From NCBI GenBank assembly GCA_964035545.1, contig OZ037765.1, positions 21,947,504 to 22,011,503 on the forward strand: a DNA stretch of 64,000 nucleotides, in the 5' to 3' direction. Shown here piece by piece: positions 30,475-45,400 of this stretch (position 1 is its first letter; the number at the start of each line of letters is the position of its first letter). Both the position numbers and the translations under genes were made by a program. Under the pieces are notes generated by a model. It ran no database searches. It was given only the letters and a program-made list of their open reading frames with translations, and was not told the DNA's origin. The DNA comes from Bugula neritina (lineage: Eukaryota; Animalia; Bryozoa).

Positions 30475-33400
30475 ATGTGGGGTTTTAAAAGCTTATGTGC
30501 ATCACTAGTATTAAGCGCAATAGTTTTCTTTGCTGCCATGCCCATCAATTCAGTGAAGGTGCTTTCTCAAGATGTAATTGGTTGTGGCGGATTCATTAAA
30601 GCAGATGTACCTTTGGATCTTACACAAATAAAGGTTAGTTAGATTGCTCAGGTAAAATCTTGACATTAACTGGCGAAATTATTGCAAAGACTGTAAGAGT
30701 AAGTACTCTAACTATTGCTATTAGTATTAGTATTACTATTACTATTACTATTAGTATTAGTATTACTATTAGACATTAGTATTAGTATTACTATTAGTAT
30801 TACTATTGGCAATGCTATTAGACATTAGTATTACTCAGTAATACTATTTGCATTATTAAATTTAAATTAAATTTGAATTTAATAGTAATACTAATAGTCT
30901 ATTAGCATTACATTTTGATTTAGTTTTACTATTAGTATAATTACAATTTGAATTTTGAACTTTCAAACTCGTAATGAGAGTAGATTTTGAAGCTTTCAAG
31001 TGGTTTGAGTTATTGCCCGGGTTAATCTTACTGTTGTGGGTAGCACATGCAAGTTTGGCAGTTACTTTTTAGATTTTACTCCTACTAGTACTAGTGCTAC
31101 TACTAACCTGTAGGTAGGCATAGTGTGTGTGTTAGTTATATATTTTTTATGTTGTTACATAATTTTAATTTAAATTGCAGCCTCAGGTATAAGTCACAGA
31201 TAGAGTTACTTTAACTTTGTTAATATTTGCTCAATTATAGTCATAGACTACTTTTATGTAAAATGTTAAAATTTGTTCTCATCTAATTAAAATCAAGCTA
31301 TTATATTGTTAACACAAATCAAATAATTTACGGCTTATAATAAGTAATAAATGTATAGAAAAAAATATGCGGAATATTTATTTCAATTTAGGTGCAGTTA
31401 ATATTTCAGAAATAACAAGTAAGCTTCGTTTTTACTTTCCAAGAACTTCAGGTGTAAATAGGTAAGCAGTGCAGATGATGCAATCATTGGGAGTCACCAG
31501 CCTCAGAAAACTCAAATCCCTATACAATTATTGTTTACATAAAGTTTGGTTCTCAAAGAGTTGTGTGAAATCAAAAATAAAAAGTTCTAGTACAGTGCTA
31601 AATATTCTACTGACAAAATGTAATTTAGAGCTTAAACTAAAATTTAATGCAACTAGACAATGATGCCCTTTAAAAATTATATACTCCTGTTTTATGTGCT
31701 GAATTTATTTATAACAATCAGATTGGCAATGTTCAAATTTGAAAACAATATATTTTAAATGAAAAGTTTATTTGAAAAAACAGCATAGGATATATCACAC
31801 GGTGGACATTGTACTATTTAAGTAAATTATATTTAGGTAAATCATTTAGACATGATCAAAGTATACAAATTTCATAGTCAAAAAGACTTCTGAAATACTT
31901 TCAGAAAAAGCCAAGTTGATAATATTCAATAAACTAAGCTGTAAGGCAATATCATATTTAGTGCTCTGTGCTCCATTTGTGGGTTAAAACAGATTAGCCT
32001 GTGGTCTCTTGACTACCAAAGTAACAATATCGATTGGTGATTCCTACGTAACTTAAAACATGTGTAGTTATTTTATAGTTATGTTTACATCTTAATTAAC
32101 TTAGGATTCTTAATTAAAGCACCTGTCCAGCCTGTTATCTGGTGTCACTAGCTCTCTGCTATTGTTGTACTTACAGGCAGCAAGTTTTGTTATATTGAAT
32201 ATTTTTTTAAAAATACTCGATTTAAATAATTAATTAGTCAATCTTTGAACATTGCCAGTCTGCGATTGTTCAGTTGGTTGTTCCAACTACATTTAGTACA
32301 CAAAATATGCTATTTTCAATGTCTGCCTGGTCATTACTTTATCTAGCTTATAAATTAATATTTACATAAAAGTTTGTTAAAGTCCAAATCTTAATATGAT
32401 GTTTTACTAATGACTAATTTTACTGATTTCTAATTTCTCTAATGGTGTTGTCATTTTGATATTATGCTCTCATTATATAATATTTTTTATATATTTTATT
32501 GTTTTCATTTTTAGTGTTCAACTACTGCTATGCATTAACAATTTTCTAAAGAGTTTTTGAATTAAATCAACTTTCGTGAGTGATTCATTTATTCATGCAA
32601 TAATTTTTTAACATTTTGGACATAAGTTTTATAAGGCCTTCCATTAGGTCTCATACTACATAGCAAGTTCAATATCTCTACTAATATTGTAAGTGTGCAC
32701 AATTTTGTGCAACATGACCTTTTTGAAATAAACCTAATACTAATCAACCGACTGGACTCTGGAGTCGTGTTTCTAATTTAGTTTGTGTTAAAGTAGCTTT
32801 CTTTATTTAGTCTTTCAGATAATGTTTAGTATGTGTTTGCTTGTATTTTACCACTATCTTGTTGTTTGCTGACGCAGGTGAAACTGCTGACTAGTTATGG
32901 ATCCGTGAAGTACACCAGTGAGCCAGCACCCAATGGCTATTACATGATTCCTGTTTATGAAAAGGGGGAATATAAGATACAAATACAACCAAAGTCTGGT
33001 TGGAATTTCCGTATGTTATCCAATTAATTTCACAATCGCATTCATTATGAATTATTTATTGTAAACTTGTGTTGACTGTTGAACAGATCTATATTTGAAA
33101 GAAACTCAATTTTTTATTGATAATTTTTTAGAACCAAGTAATCCGGTTGACCTGGATTTAGAGGCCTGTGAAAGAAATGAAGATATAAACTTTATATTTG
33201 TTGGATTTCAAATATCTGGGCAGGTAAAACATTTCTAACTACATGATGTTTGTGTAAATAGTGTATGTGTCTCAAAACTCTGATGATTGGTTGGTGTATT
33301 ACAATGTAGGTGGTGAGTGCAGGCACTGAACAAGGTCCTTCCGGTATTACTGTTGCTTTAACTTCCAATAATGAAGAATTGCAAACAACTGAAACAGTGG

Positions 33401-36400
33401 AGGGGAAGTAAGGAACACGTGCATTTCTTACATATATTTTTTTTCTTATTCTTTGTGAAGCTGTATGACATCTGCTTTAAAAATATGTCTAGTGGACATC
33501 ACTGGAGCTGTATTATGTTTTTGTTTATTTGCAGGTACTCTTTCAGCAATGTACTAGCTGGCCACTACTTAGTAAGGGCTCAGCATCCTGATTACTTGTT
33601 CTCAAAGGTAAGTCTTGGCAACTTTGTTCTCTTTTAGAAATGTGAGTCACTTTACAAACTCATGTACATTTTATGTCATCATACAAAACTTTGTTTTGTT
33701 TTATTTTATAATTATGTTTTCAAATCTACTCCTTTGGTAAAAAATGGATGTACATGTCAGCTAAAGAATAGTTTTGAAATCTTTATATTATGTTGAATTC
33801 GAGGGTTTAATCTGAAGTTTCAAATAGTTTAAAAATATTTTCAATTTCAAAATTACTCTTTTAGCTAATTTTTTTTAGAGGTTGTCTGCACTTGAAAAGA
33901 GTGAGTAAGTTACATTGTATAGTACAAAGCTCTGACTAATCAGAGTAGTGTATATCTCTCTCACTAATCTGGTGTGACTTGATTTGTAGACAGAAGTAGA
34001 AGTAGATGTTAAAGATAATGTGGTGCATGTGAGAGATTCTCCTACCATCCATGGCTACTCTTTATCTGGCAGCATCTTGAATGAGGGACAGCCGGCCAAA
34101 GGCATCTCATTCATCATAAAGTCTGACAGCAATCAGGTATAAGTGATGTAAAGTCTGGTTTCTCTCTATGAGTCTATCATAAATATAGGATTGTTTTTTA
34201 CACTTGTCCGTATAACTACTAGGTTGTTATAATATTTTGTATGAGATTATGCAAAATATTTAAGTTGTTTAGATTTATCTAGAACCTTTAGCCTAAACAG
34301 CCAATACATCACAACTCTGAACTAGAAATAATTCTTCCTGGGAAACATTTGGTGAAGTTTGTTTGAAATTTTTCTGTCTCTTTAATTTAATCTTGTACAA
34401 TCAGCAGTATGTTCACACTAATCTTTCTTGCCAACTCACCATTTTTAGGATTTATCTACCCCTTTTTGTAAGTAAATAAACCTCAATATTTAACAAAATG
34501 AAAGTTGTCTTTCCTACTACCGTATTGTATTTTATCTTGTTAGAAGGTAGACATCAGAGGATGCACTGCTGGTAGTCCTCCTAACTATGACAAACCAGGA
34601 GCTTTGTGTTACGTCCCATCTGATGAATCTGGCTCATTCAAGTTCCAATCTATACCAGTTGGGAAATACATCATTGTAAGCATCTGCTTCAAACTGTTTT
34701 AAAAACATTGTGTCTTATAACATTTACTTTCTAGCTTATCTTTAACATACATCACACAGCTGTAAAGTAAGTTATATTATATTAATTAAGCCCATCTACC
34801 TAAACCGTAACCTTATGTATTATGTTTTTTGGTTATCTATGTACAGTGCTAGTTCCACATGTATGCACTGAGTGATAAGTAAGTGTGACCTTGATTCTAT
34901 TGCCCAGGTTCCATTTCATCGAGGAGAAAAGACTGTATTTGACGTCACCCCTAGTCAGCTCACAGTTGAGATTCAGCATGCTAATCAGAATATAGAGGTT
35001 GGCTACTATCAGCTCTAGTTACATTGACGTCTTCACTAATATTTGTTTGCACTAATGCGATTCTTGTCATAGTATAAGGTGTCCTGCTTTATAAATTTGT
35101 ATTTCTTATTTTACAGCAACCATTTGCAGTCTCTGGGTTTGGAGTTCACGGAGAAGTGAGATATAGCACTAAGGTAAGATATGGTGCTGGGTTCAGATAT
35201 ATAATCAATATGAGATATAAATCTAGGTATATCACTAATGTAAGTTGTAGAAATAGTAAGTATGTGTTGAATACTGCTTCACTACTTAGAATATAAATCA
35301 GTTTCTTCGTGTAGGGGAAAGGTATCAATGGTGCCGTGGTCAGTGTAAATGGAAAAGAAGTTGCTAAAACTAATAGCCATGGATCCTATGCTATTGATGC
35401 TATGAAGTCGGGCACATACACCCTGAATGTGAAAGCCCCCTCGGTTTACTTTGAAGATGTGAAAGTTAAGATAGTGCCCAGTGAGCCTCACCTGCCTCTT
35501 ATAATTCCTAGCAGGTATGAATCTGTTTTATTTTAGCCTCTGTTTCTACATATCAATTTACTACTTCGTAGGGACGAGAACTAAAATTAAATAGTAGTGC
35601 TCTAAGTGACTGGCTCTAGTTTGAGTTGAAGATTAGCTGTGTAGCAAAAAATATTTATTTCAAAATATTTATGTTTATTTTTCGTGAAGAATTTCGTTAA
35701 GGTTTTCTGCCAGTAATGCTTTTTGCACCATTAAAAAGCTTGAGATTGACTGAATTCACATAGCATGAAGAATGAATTCCTTGTTATATAAGGGAATTAT
35801 GTAAGGTTAGATGATGCCTTTTTTCGAGCATTTTTGCTTTCATATATTTTAGAAAATATTTTGCAGTGTACAAAGCATGTGGTTGAAATCAGTTGTCATA
35901 CAGTGTAAAAAGTGCTGGCAGAAGATCTTTCTTTAAGCTTGAAATTCGTTCATATAGTATATCCTTAAGTGTAATTATTTAGTTTTATAGTTTGTAAATA
36001 TTCAACTCTGTTGCTCATGTAACTCTTGTACAAATACAGTGCTGTGAAAAAGTTTAAGGACGCTTGCAGAAATTTCTATGTATTTCTATGTATTGTTTAA
36101 TAGGCATTTTTTGGAAGTTCTTAGTATTTTCTTGCAAGTTCTATATATCAAAATGACCCTTAGAATGTACACTACAATTTCCACCATATAAATTCCTACT
36201 GCTGTGATGTTTTCTACCTATTTTCAGGCTAACTATACAAGCAGCTAGGAAAGCGCAACTCCTGTGTTTTTATGTTTCCAAAGTTTATCGTTTCTGATAA
36301 TCACAAAAGGCTAAACAGTGAAATTTGACTTTGTACATGGCATCATGATACCATAAAGTATGACTTTCTTCCATAATTTGAAATCTGTCATTTAGTTGTA

Positions 36401-39400
36401 AGCTTTTACATCGTGTCCACTTAGGTGCTGTGCATAGACAAAATGAGAGCTGTAAATCTTACTTCAAAAGCAAGGTTTGTAATAATTTTTTTGCATAACG
36501 AAGGTTATTCAATTAGGAAAATATCTGAAAAGGTTGGCAAAGCAAAGACAATTGTTTATCAAATTATCAAGAAGTTCATGGAGACTGGCAGTGTAGCAGA
36601 TCGACCTGAAAGTGGGCGACCAAGAATAAGCACACTCGGAGATGACAAGGTTTTCATTAGGATCAGCAAGAAAGATTGCCATAAAACAAGTCCTGAGTTG
36701 GCAAAGAATGATCAGAATCAACAGGAACAACAGCTTCGACATCCCTGATAAGGCGAAGACTGCTAAGCCATGGTCTATGTGTCTGCAAAGCAAAAAGGAA
36801 GCCTCTACTAACCGAGAAGTAGCGAAAAAACCGGCTACGGTGGGCCAAGGAGCATGGTAGTTAGACAGTGAATGATTAGAAAAAAGTAATTATTTCAGAT
36901 AAATCTACATTTAATGTGAATAATCATGCTGGAAACTGTTTTGTTAGAAGATACTAGTATGAGGAATATAACCCCTAATGTATTCTTACAACAATTATAA
37001 GCACCCTATCGGTGTTATGTTCTGGGGTTGTATAACATCAAAAGGTGCAGGTCGATCGACTCAGTAATTGCTCTAAAATGATGTTAATGCCCAAAAATAT
37101 ATAAAGAATCTCAATGCTAAACTTCTTCCAATCATAAAAAAAACTTCTTTTTAAATGAAATTAACATATTTGAAGATGACAATGCACCATGCTATTGGGC
37201 AAAAACTGTTAAAAAGTGGATGAAAAAGCAGAGGGTCTCAACGCTTAACTGGCCAGCCCAAAGCCGGGACTTGAACCCAATAAGAAATTCATGGTCAAGA
37301 ATGGCTAAAATAGTCTCTTCACAAAAGCCAACAACTAAGGTGACACTCATAGAGCCTGTAATTCATGCATAGCATCATGTTGTGACTGAAAACGAGTTGG
37401 AGAAGCTGTACGAGCCGATGCCTTGTCGCTGCCGACTAGTGATTGAGAATAAAGGCTGGCCAACAAAACACTAATACTAAAATTTAAAGCACTGTGTGTT
37501 GCAATGCTGCTATAATGTGTAGAACAAATCACATACAATATTTTTCTATGTTTCAAGTAAAATATTCTGATATCCTACAGTACACACAAATTGTGAGAAC
37601 ATCGAATAATTCCCATATATGCATAGTATCTCAATATTTCACCCAAATTTTGAAAGGAAGTGAAAAGAGACACTAATAATTTATATAAATGAGATGAGGA
37701 GATCCTAAGGATCATTTTGATAGGTATCATGCCTGTGGAAATGCTTTTGTTATGTCTTAAAATTAGCTTTGAACATTGCTATTATGGAAAACAATGAGGC
37801 GTCCTTAAACTTTTTCACAGCACTGTATGTCTGCTACACTATTGCAGCAGCAGTGCAAGTCTTCTTGTTTTTCTAAAGTTATTAAAATACAATTAGCTAT
37901 CGAATTCGAAGTTATCTTCCCTTTTATTCAGACCAATTTGAGCAAGCAACTTTAATATCAGGCTATGTACATTGATGAACAATGTTTTACTGCAGATTCG
38001 ATGTTTGTGGAAAGATTTCTCTGGAAACTAAAAGAACCGACATATTAGTTTCTATAAGTGAAGCAGAGACTTCTAAAGTAGTACAGCAAGTCAGTGTCAA
38101 CCAGGATGGTATATTCTGTGTTGAAGTCAAGCCTGGTACCTACAACATCATGGTAGTGAAACGTTATCAAGTATTATACTAGTTTCCCTAATAGTGTGTC
38201 TATTTTATCAAGAGGTAGTTAGCTGTTATGTAGGCTAATTCACGTCATTCTCTTCATATTGTAAAGGGGGGGGGGGATGTACTTTTTTCTAGTTATGCTC
38301 AAATTCTTGTGTTGAGTATTGCCAGACAACCCACTTTACACTTATTTGAGCTCAAAACTTACAGTTTACTAGACATACACGTATGTTTGCGTAACATTTG
38401 CTCGAGAAAAAAGTCTCGCCATGCTCTTAGACAACGTCACCGCACACACGTAGACACTGCTATGACTACTATATTGAAATATTTATCATATAACAGCTAT
38501 TACCAGTTAATTTGAAGCCTTATCAATTAATTGCTAAATGATTTGGTTATCCTCTACCTAATGATTATGCAAATTATGTCTTTTTTATTCTCAAGTAGTA
38601 ATTGCGAAATATACAGCAAATAACTTTTCTATTATTTAGCTATATCTGAAAGATATTTACTGGCATGCAGCAATTCTTTTCAATATTATCTAAGATTTTT
38701 TTGCAGCCTGTCATGGAAAAGCTCTCTCCACCGTTAACCTTGACACCAGCTTCTGTGAAGGTCACAGTTGCCGATAGTCCCATTACCACTGATTTAGTCA
38801 GGTTTTCCCAGTTTAAAGCCACTGTGTCAGGGGAGGTAAAATGCCTCTCTGTGTGTGGAGAATTGGAACTCATACTAAGAAGTCAGGCTGACAGCAGTAT
38901 TGTTAGCAAACAGAAGGTGAGTATTATCGCTGACCCTATATTTGTGCATGCTCAGGCTCGCCAGGTCTTGCATACAGACTGATACTGAGGCTTGGTATAA
39001 GGTGTATAGCGTGGGTGCGAATGAATATTCAACGAGTGAAACGTGTCCAAAAAACATTCTTCTGTATAAAGTTGACAAAAAATACAAGGAAGCTATTCTT
39101 GGATGGTTACCATCAATAGCACTCAACTTTTCAGCTATGCAGCTTTCACTGCAAACACTCAACATTTTATATAACATAAAAAAAACAAGTTTTCTACAAT
39201 ATTTTATCAGGTTGATGTTTTGTTTACTTGGGAACTTATCAAAAGTCCTACACTTTAAAATATTTAAAGCCAACTTGCTTTTTCTGCATTAAAAAGGGTT
39301 GAGATTCATTTCATTAATGTTGCTATCAACATGGCCGAGTTACTATCAACATGGTCGAGTTACCATCAACATGGCTGCGTTACCATCAAAATGGCCGAGT

Positions 39401-42400
39401 TACCATCAACATGGCTGAGTTACCATCAACATGGCCGAGTTACTATCAACATGGTTGAGTTACTATTAACATGGCCGAGTTACCATCAATATGGCTGCGT
39501 TACCATCAAAATGGCTGCGTTACCATCAACATGGCCGAGTTACCATAGATGTAACTGATACCAGGTGCTGACCGTGTGTTGATATTTAATCTCTCGAGGA
39601 TGCTCCTGCTAAGTTTTATAAATGTTCATTTGATGAGATGTTTTGTGTAGGATTTGAAGAGAGCTTGGCTCTTCTCTTCTCTTCTCTTGTATAGTATTCA
39701 TTTTTATGCTAACTAAGCCAAGGTTGTCTATCACAATAACTTCAAAGCTTATCCATGCCTTGGCACTTACTGAATGTGGCTTGGCCCAGATACCTACTCC
39801 ATTTATTTTGGTACCTGAATCACTCAGATAGCGATTCTCTCGAACTACAAGACATGAATTATGGGCAGGTTTTGTAGCTGTATATTCAGATCATCCAGCT
39901 GTATTGTTGATAATGAAACTAGTGGTAGTATTTGTATAATACGAATAGAACATCAAGTATATGATTCAGCGCATAAATCAACTCAACACAGTAAGCCGTG
40001 TTACCTACACAAAACTTATTGTTTTCAACTACTGGCAACTGTATTAATTGCTTGCTTGAAAATTTGCATTTCTGGTTCAAGTGTTGCATCTCATCATGAA
40101 ATTAATTCTCTACTTGGAAGCTGATCAGATAGAAGTGGGTGAGTGATGACTCTGCAGAAACTCATTTACCTCTCCAGGCAACTCGAGTGAGATACATCCT
40201 AAGTGTATATTGCTGCGAGTTTATTAAGTGGCATTCCTCTCCTTAACACTTCACGTGATAACAATGCACCTCGTTATTACTCTTGTCATAATCGTAACCT
40301 ATCACCAATTTCTACCATTTCAACGAAAAGTTGAGATTAATTTTTAACTGGTTGAACTTTTGCGGTCTGTCATTCAATGCTAATTAAATCTGTAATGATG
40401 AATTAATTAAATTAACTTCAGACTATTTTATCATCTAAATTGGTCTGTACCTCTCCGTGAATGCACCCCTACTTGCTTCTACGGACCAGTGAAATGAATC
40501 ACTAGTCTAATTATTATATCGTTATTATTATTTACATTATGAAAAGTAATGACTTTTGGGTAAAATTGATTTACTATCCTAATTAACTGCATCAATTACT
40601 GCTAATGAATGGTAAATTATAGCCAAGATGAATATGCTGATTGCCTATTTGTTGCATCTTATATGTATAACGGGAATCCTGGACAGCATTCCTGCTGGCT
40701 TATTACCATTCACTCACCTAGTTAAAACTCTATATTAAAATCTAAACCCCAAACTTTCTCAATTGCTATAATGAAACTGTTATTCTTGTTGCAGGTTTCC
40801 TCCTCACTTCGTTCTGCTGCATTCGTATTTGAAGGAATCGTTCCTGGAGAGTATAGGATATCGGTGGGAAAACTGTCATGGTGCTGGGAAGACAACTCTA
40901 AATCAGTGGTTGTCACTGATTCAGATGTTAGTCATGATGTTTTGCAGCAGAAAGGATATAGAGCATCAGTGGAGTCATCAAACACAATGACTATGGTAAG
41001 TGGGAGTGTACGCTTGTCCCACCACAGTACTAAGACAATTCACTCACTCTTCAGTGCCTGTCAATTTCTTAGCAGTTTGCCATTTCTTAGATTTGTCATA
41101 CTTATGACACAAGTTGGCTGGAATACAATGCTGATGACATCATTTTAAGTTTGAGATCTGATCAATCATTGCTGTGTGGACAAGTAGCTGTACAACTGCC
41201 AGCGTAGCTATTTATCCCTTCTCTGCTTATCTTCCTTATTCAAACTTTCCTTTCCTTCTACCAACCGTGTACATAGTTTTTGTTTTACACTAAAATGTGT
41301 CTGTGCCATGAGCTAAAGTTGATTATAATTGGAGTTAGGTTTGCCTGTTTGAGATTGTCACAATTTGCGGTTTAAAACTCTTGATTTGCTGGATAAACTC
41401 GGTACCAGCTTGTGATTTAGCCTCTTTTCTGGGTACCTTTTGTCGGATTTCTCAATTGTAGTCAATTATTTTGAAAACCCGTTGTATCATCAAATTAGCG
41501 ATTAAAATCCAAATAGTTTAATAATTGGTTGGGCGTTTTCAGCATAATTATGTCTAAACGCACTGTCGACTATTACCAATGCCATGAAATTAATGTCATT
41601 TTATTTATAATATGTAAATTTGATGGATTTGCATCTGACTAAGATTGATGTTGTTTACCTGCCAACGAGAATCCAAATTCTCTAAATCGGGTGGTGTCAA
41701 TCACTAAACTGCAGAGTCACCATGTTGAAAATCTACCATTCTATTATTCACTCAAAAACCAACGCTAATAATGGTCATCTCTAAATGGCCATCATTGCGG
41801 GCACCGCATAAATGAGTAAAACGGATTTGACGAAGCAGTATGCAAATAGAAATATGGCGACCATAGATAATCAAATAGTGTTTCGTTCAAAAAAAGGTTT
41901 AGTTTTATGAGCAGGTTTTAGCTGCTTTTTTCATAAGTTTATTAATTTGGTGTCATCACCTAACAAGTTAGTAGAAACAGTTCTAGGTGCTACAGTTATT
42001 GTGAGATTACCCAGTTCAGTATTTGGCAAGAGGGGCTGATCTCTCAGCTACTGCCTTCAGACTAGGAGCTTTTTTTGAATAATGTTTCTTCAACGTTTCT
42101 GCATAATGATATTCAGTTGAACCATTAATTTCCAAGTTTGATGGCAAAGCCATTTAACTTGGTTTTCGTTGACACGTGTAACTCACAATATGTGCCAATA
42201 ATAAATAATAAAAATTCATCATAACAACTGTATAAATATTTTAGTTCACGGCAATACATCAATCTACTGTTCAACACTTCAAGTAGAAGCCTGCAAACTA
42301 AATGCTCGTTGGTAGTTTACCATATTACTATGTTTGATGGTTGACCGAAGCCCATACATTTTTTGTCATGATGAAATCTAACTAGTTATTGGTTTTTATA

Positions 42401-45400
42401 CACTTTATAAAGTTTTAGCAACCTATTTTAGTAAAGGAGCTCAATCTTTTAATTGTTAAGTTGTGGGTGAGATTTAGCATAGCTGAGGTGTTTTTAAGGG
42501 GATTTTTACCATCAATAGTGGCAATTATGCAATAAATTTGATGTCAATTGTATATTTTTTCATTTTGTGTTATTTTTATGTTCCACCAATGCCTGTTTCC
42601 ATCATCTTTTCCAAAGTATTTTCATGAAATCTTTTGGGTTTCAGCAAAAAACTGGATTGGTCTAATGAGCAAAACATGCGGATTTTTTCATTGAATGATT
42701 TGTTTGGCTCTCCCTGGGGTTACGTAAGGGTTTTGCAGATTTAGGCAACATTTAGACAAGGTAATCCTAGGTAAATGTGTTGGCGTAAGATATTTGACGC
42801 ACCAGCTGACAAATATTAACGGTTAGTTTAAAAGATCCTGTGATTAAAAACTAATTTTCATTCTGTAATACCAGGTTGACTGCTGGTCGCAGACTACTGG
42901 ATTGTAACGGTCATATCTTGGACACGACAAATACCTTTAAGAAAATTATCCTTTTCAACTGCCAATCAGATCCTATCCTAAATCGAAGAGATTAGTTGCG
43001 CAAGTGACTACTAGTCTGCATTCTTTTATTGACGACTCAAATTAATCTGGAATTGTGTCAATATTTAGGCTCTATCTCAGTTATGGATTACTTTGGTGAA
43101 GTTTAAATCGGCATGTTTCTGTTTTATTTCCTGGACACGAGTTGGGACTTACGATGTTACTGGCCTTAATCTGTGGTGTATGTCTGCGTATCAACCAGTG
43201 CCCAAACAACTCTGTCTACCAAATCTTTCCAAACCTTATATTATTGCCATAAGCTATAACTGCTGAACTTTTCACCGTTTCACAAAAAAAAAATAAATTT
43301 AGTGCTCTACTTTTTGTATAACAATTTTTCACATTGAAAACTTAAGATCTTTTCCTGGTATTATTGTAGCTGGCTCGCAAGACTCCTATTGGTTAGTCTT
43401 TTCAAATTCCAGTTTTTAATTTATTATGTTACGCATTAAATGCTATATGGCTATCTATGTAATGCTGATTTTTATTGGGTAATAAGTTGTATGTGTCTAT
43501 AGTTATTAATAAATTACTAATGATCTATTACTAAAAAGTGATTTATCTGTTATATTGGTGGGAAAAATTTTTATCCCATTTTATGTCTTAAGCAAAAGAA
43601 TTTGCTTGCTATAATAAAATGTTCACTCATATAGACCTGGTATTGCGTTAAACAACTTACGCTGTTTGTCACGCTAGTAATCCTTATGTTTCTTACTTTT
43701 TTTTCTGTTGACAGCATTACACCAAACAGGCTGTAAAAGAACCAAACAAAGATGAGAAAGCTAAAGTGGTGGAGCAAGGAGAATTGTCGATAGTTAAAGG
43801 GTCGAATGACGTTTGTCTCCCTTCAGCCGGACAATACGAACTATCACCCAGTTCTTGCCATGTGTTTGAGAAATCAGCTTATCTGTTTGATACGTATGAA
43901 CATCATTTAATATTTTAATACTCTACTGTTCTTAGCAGCACCACATTTTCATTACAGTCTAGACTAAATCATTCAATAATTCTTGCACTAGTTTTTTGTT
44001 TAAGTAACAATGAGCGAAAATTTCCTTTGATTATTTTACCATAACTAGCACTTTAGTTTTATATTTCGCTGAATTAATTGGCGCTTTTGAAAACTCATCC
44101 ATTAAGCTAATTTATGTTCTGTATCTGTAACATAATGATTGAAGTGATGAGTGGAATGTATCCATTCGAACTGTATTTGATAGCAGCATTAAATTCAAAA
44201 CAATTCAGAGAAATTTCAACCATTAAAATCTCTGTTCTAAATATATCATACCATTGTGTACTTGTTAATTTCAGATCCTCTGCCAATACTGTAATTCACG
44301 TGCAAGCTGTTTGGCATAAAATTATTTTAAGACTGACTAGTGAGGAGCCATCCTCAGATGTGTTAGTGAAGCTCAGGTCAGTTTTAGCAGTTGTTGTGAT
44401 AATTCTATCATGTATATTTACTCCTTCCTTGGTTTTCTACACATCACTGTAAAACAGATGTAGTTTTCAATGTATTCCACTTCCCTGTTCACTTTGTATG
44501 AAAACTTCACTACTCCATGCCCTAAAATAGTTTCATCCAATTACAACTCCTAGTTTATATATATATATATATTTGTTTAAGATTCTGGAGTGCTTAAGTG
44601 TTACTGCTTTTCAGCATTACTTTCTTATTGATAGGGTCAAAGAAAATCTTGACTGGAATTAGAATTTTTTTACTAATGAACATGTTTTTTGTTTTGGCTT
44701 TTAGAATATTTTAATGTACCAACAATACTTCTGAGTATGAGATTTATGTGCAAAATTAACTTTGCATCAACTTGAACATCATCTTTTGGAAAAACTCACT
44801 GGCAAACAAAAAATATAAATGAAAAAGCATGGCACTTGCAAGCAGTTTCAAATACTTGTTCACTCTGTCAAGTATCAATTGTCTCCATCTAATGATATTC
44901 TAGAAGACCTACAGAAGCAATTAGAGATACTTGTTCCAACTTTTCATTTATTTTTGAAGACTAACAAGTGATGGTAATTTTGTATGTGTATGGCATGAGC
45001 TAGAAAAGAGTTGTCTAGCATGTTGGGAATAAAAATAGTTTGATGGGTGCATAAATCTTGTTTAGCATATTAGATGATGGTGTAAAACTATTAAGTTTAC
45101 CAAACATACTGGCATGTGAGTCAATTGGTTTTCAGTAAGTTTTATTTATATGTGTTTTGAATATATAAGCCATAAAAATACCAAACAATATGCTTGAGGA
45201 TCCATTTTTCATAAATTATGATAATTTTAATAAAGGCAAAGTTTCTGCAGCTGACTCAAGCTATTGATTACGATATCATCATCATGCACGTGCAGTTATG
45301 GAATTTCTTTATTTCTTTTTTGGTATTTCTAAATCTCAGTATAGAGAGAGATTGCAAACCACAAATGGTTGTTGGATATCAGATATCTTTAAAATTGCTA

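Noticed and set aside
39321-39558. 20-bp array as a CRISPR, or the 75-aa repetitive ORF 39331-39558 as a gene
   Set aside because: Units are head to tail without unique spacers, there are no cas genes and the context is a eukaryotic intron; the ORF is a by-product of the repeat.
40143-40210. Box C-like GTGATGA suggesting an intronic C/D snoRNA (also ATGATGA at 52634)
   Set aside because: No properly placed box D (CTGA) with a terminal stem.
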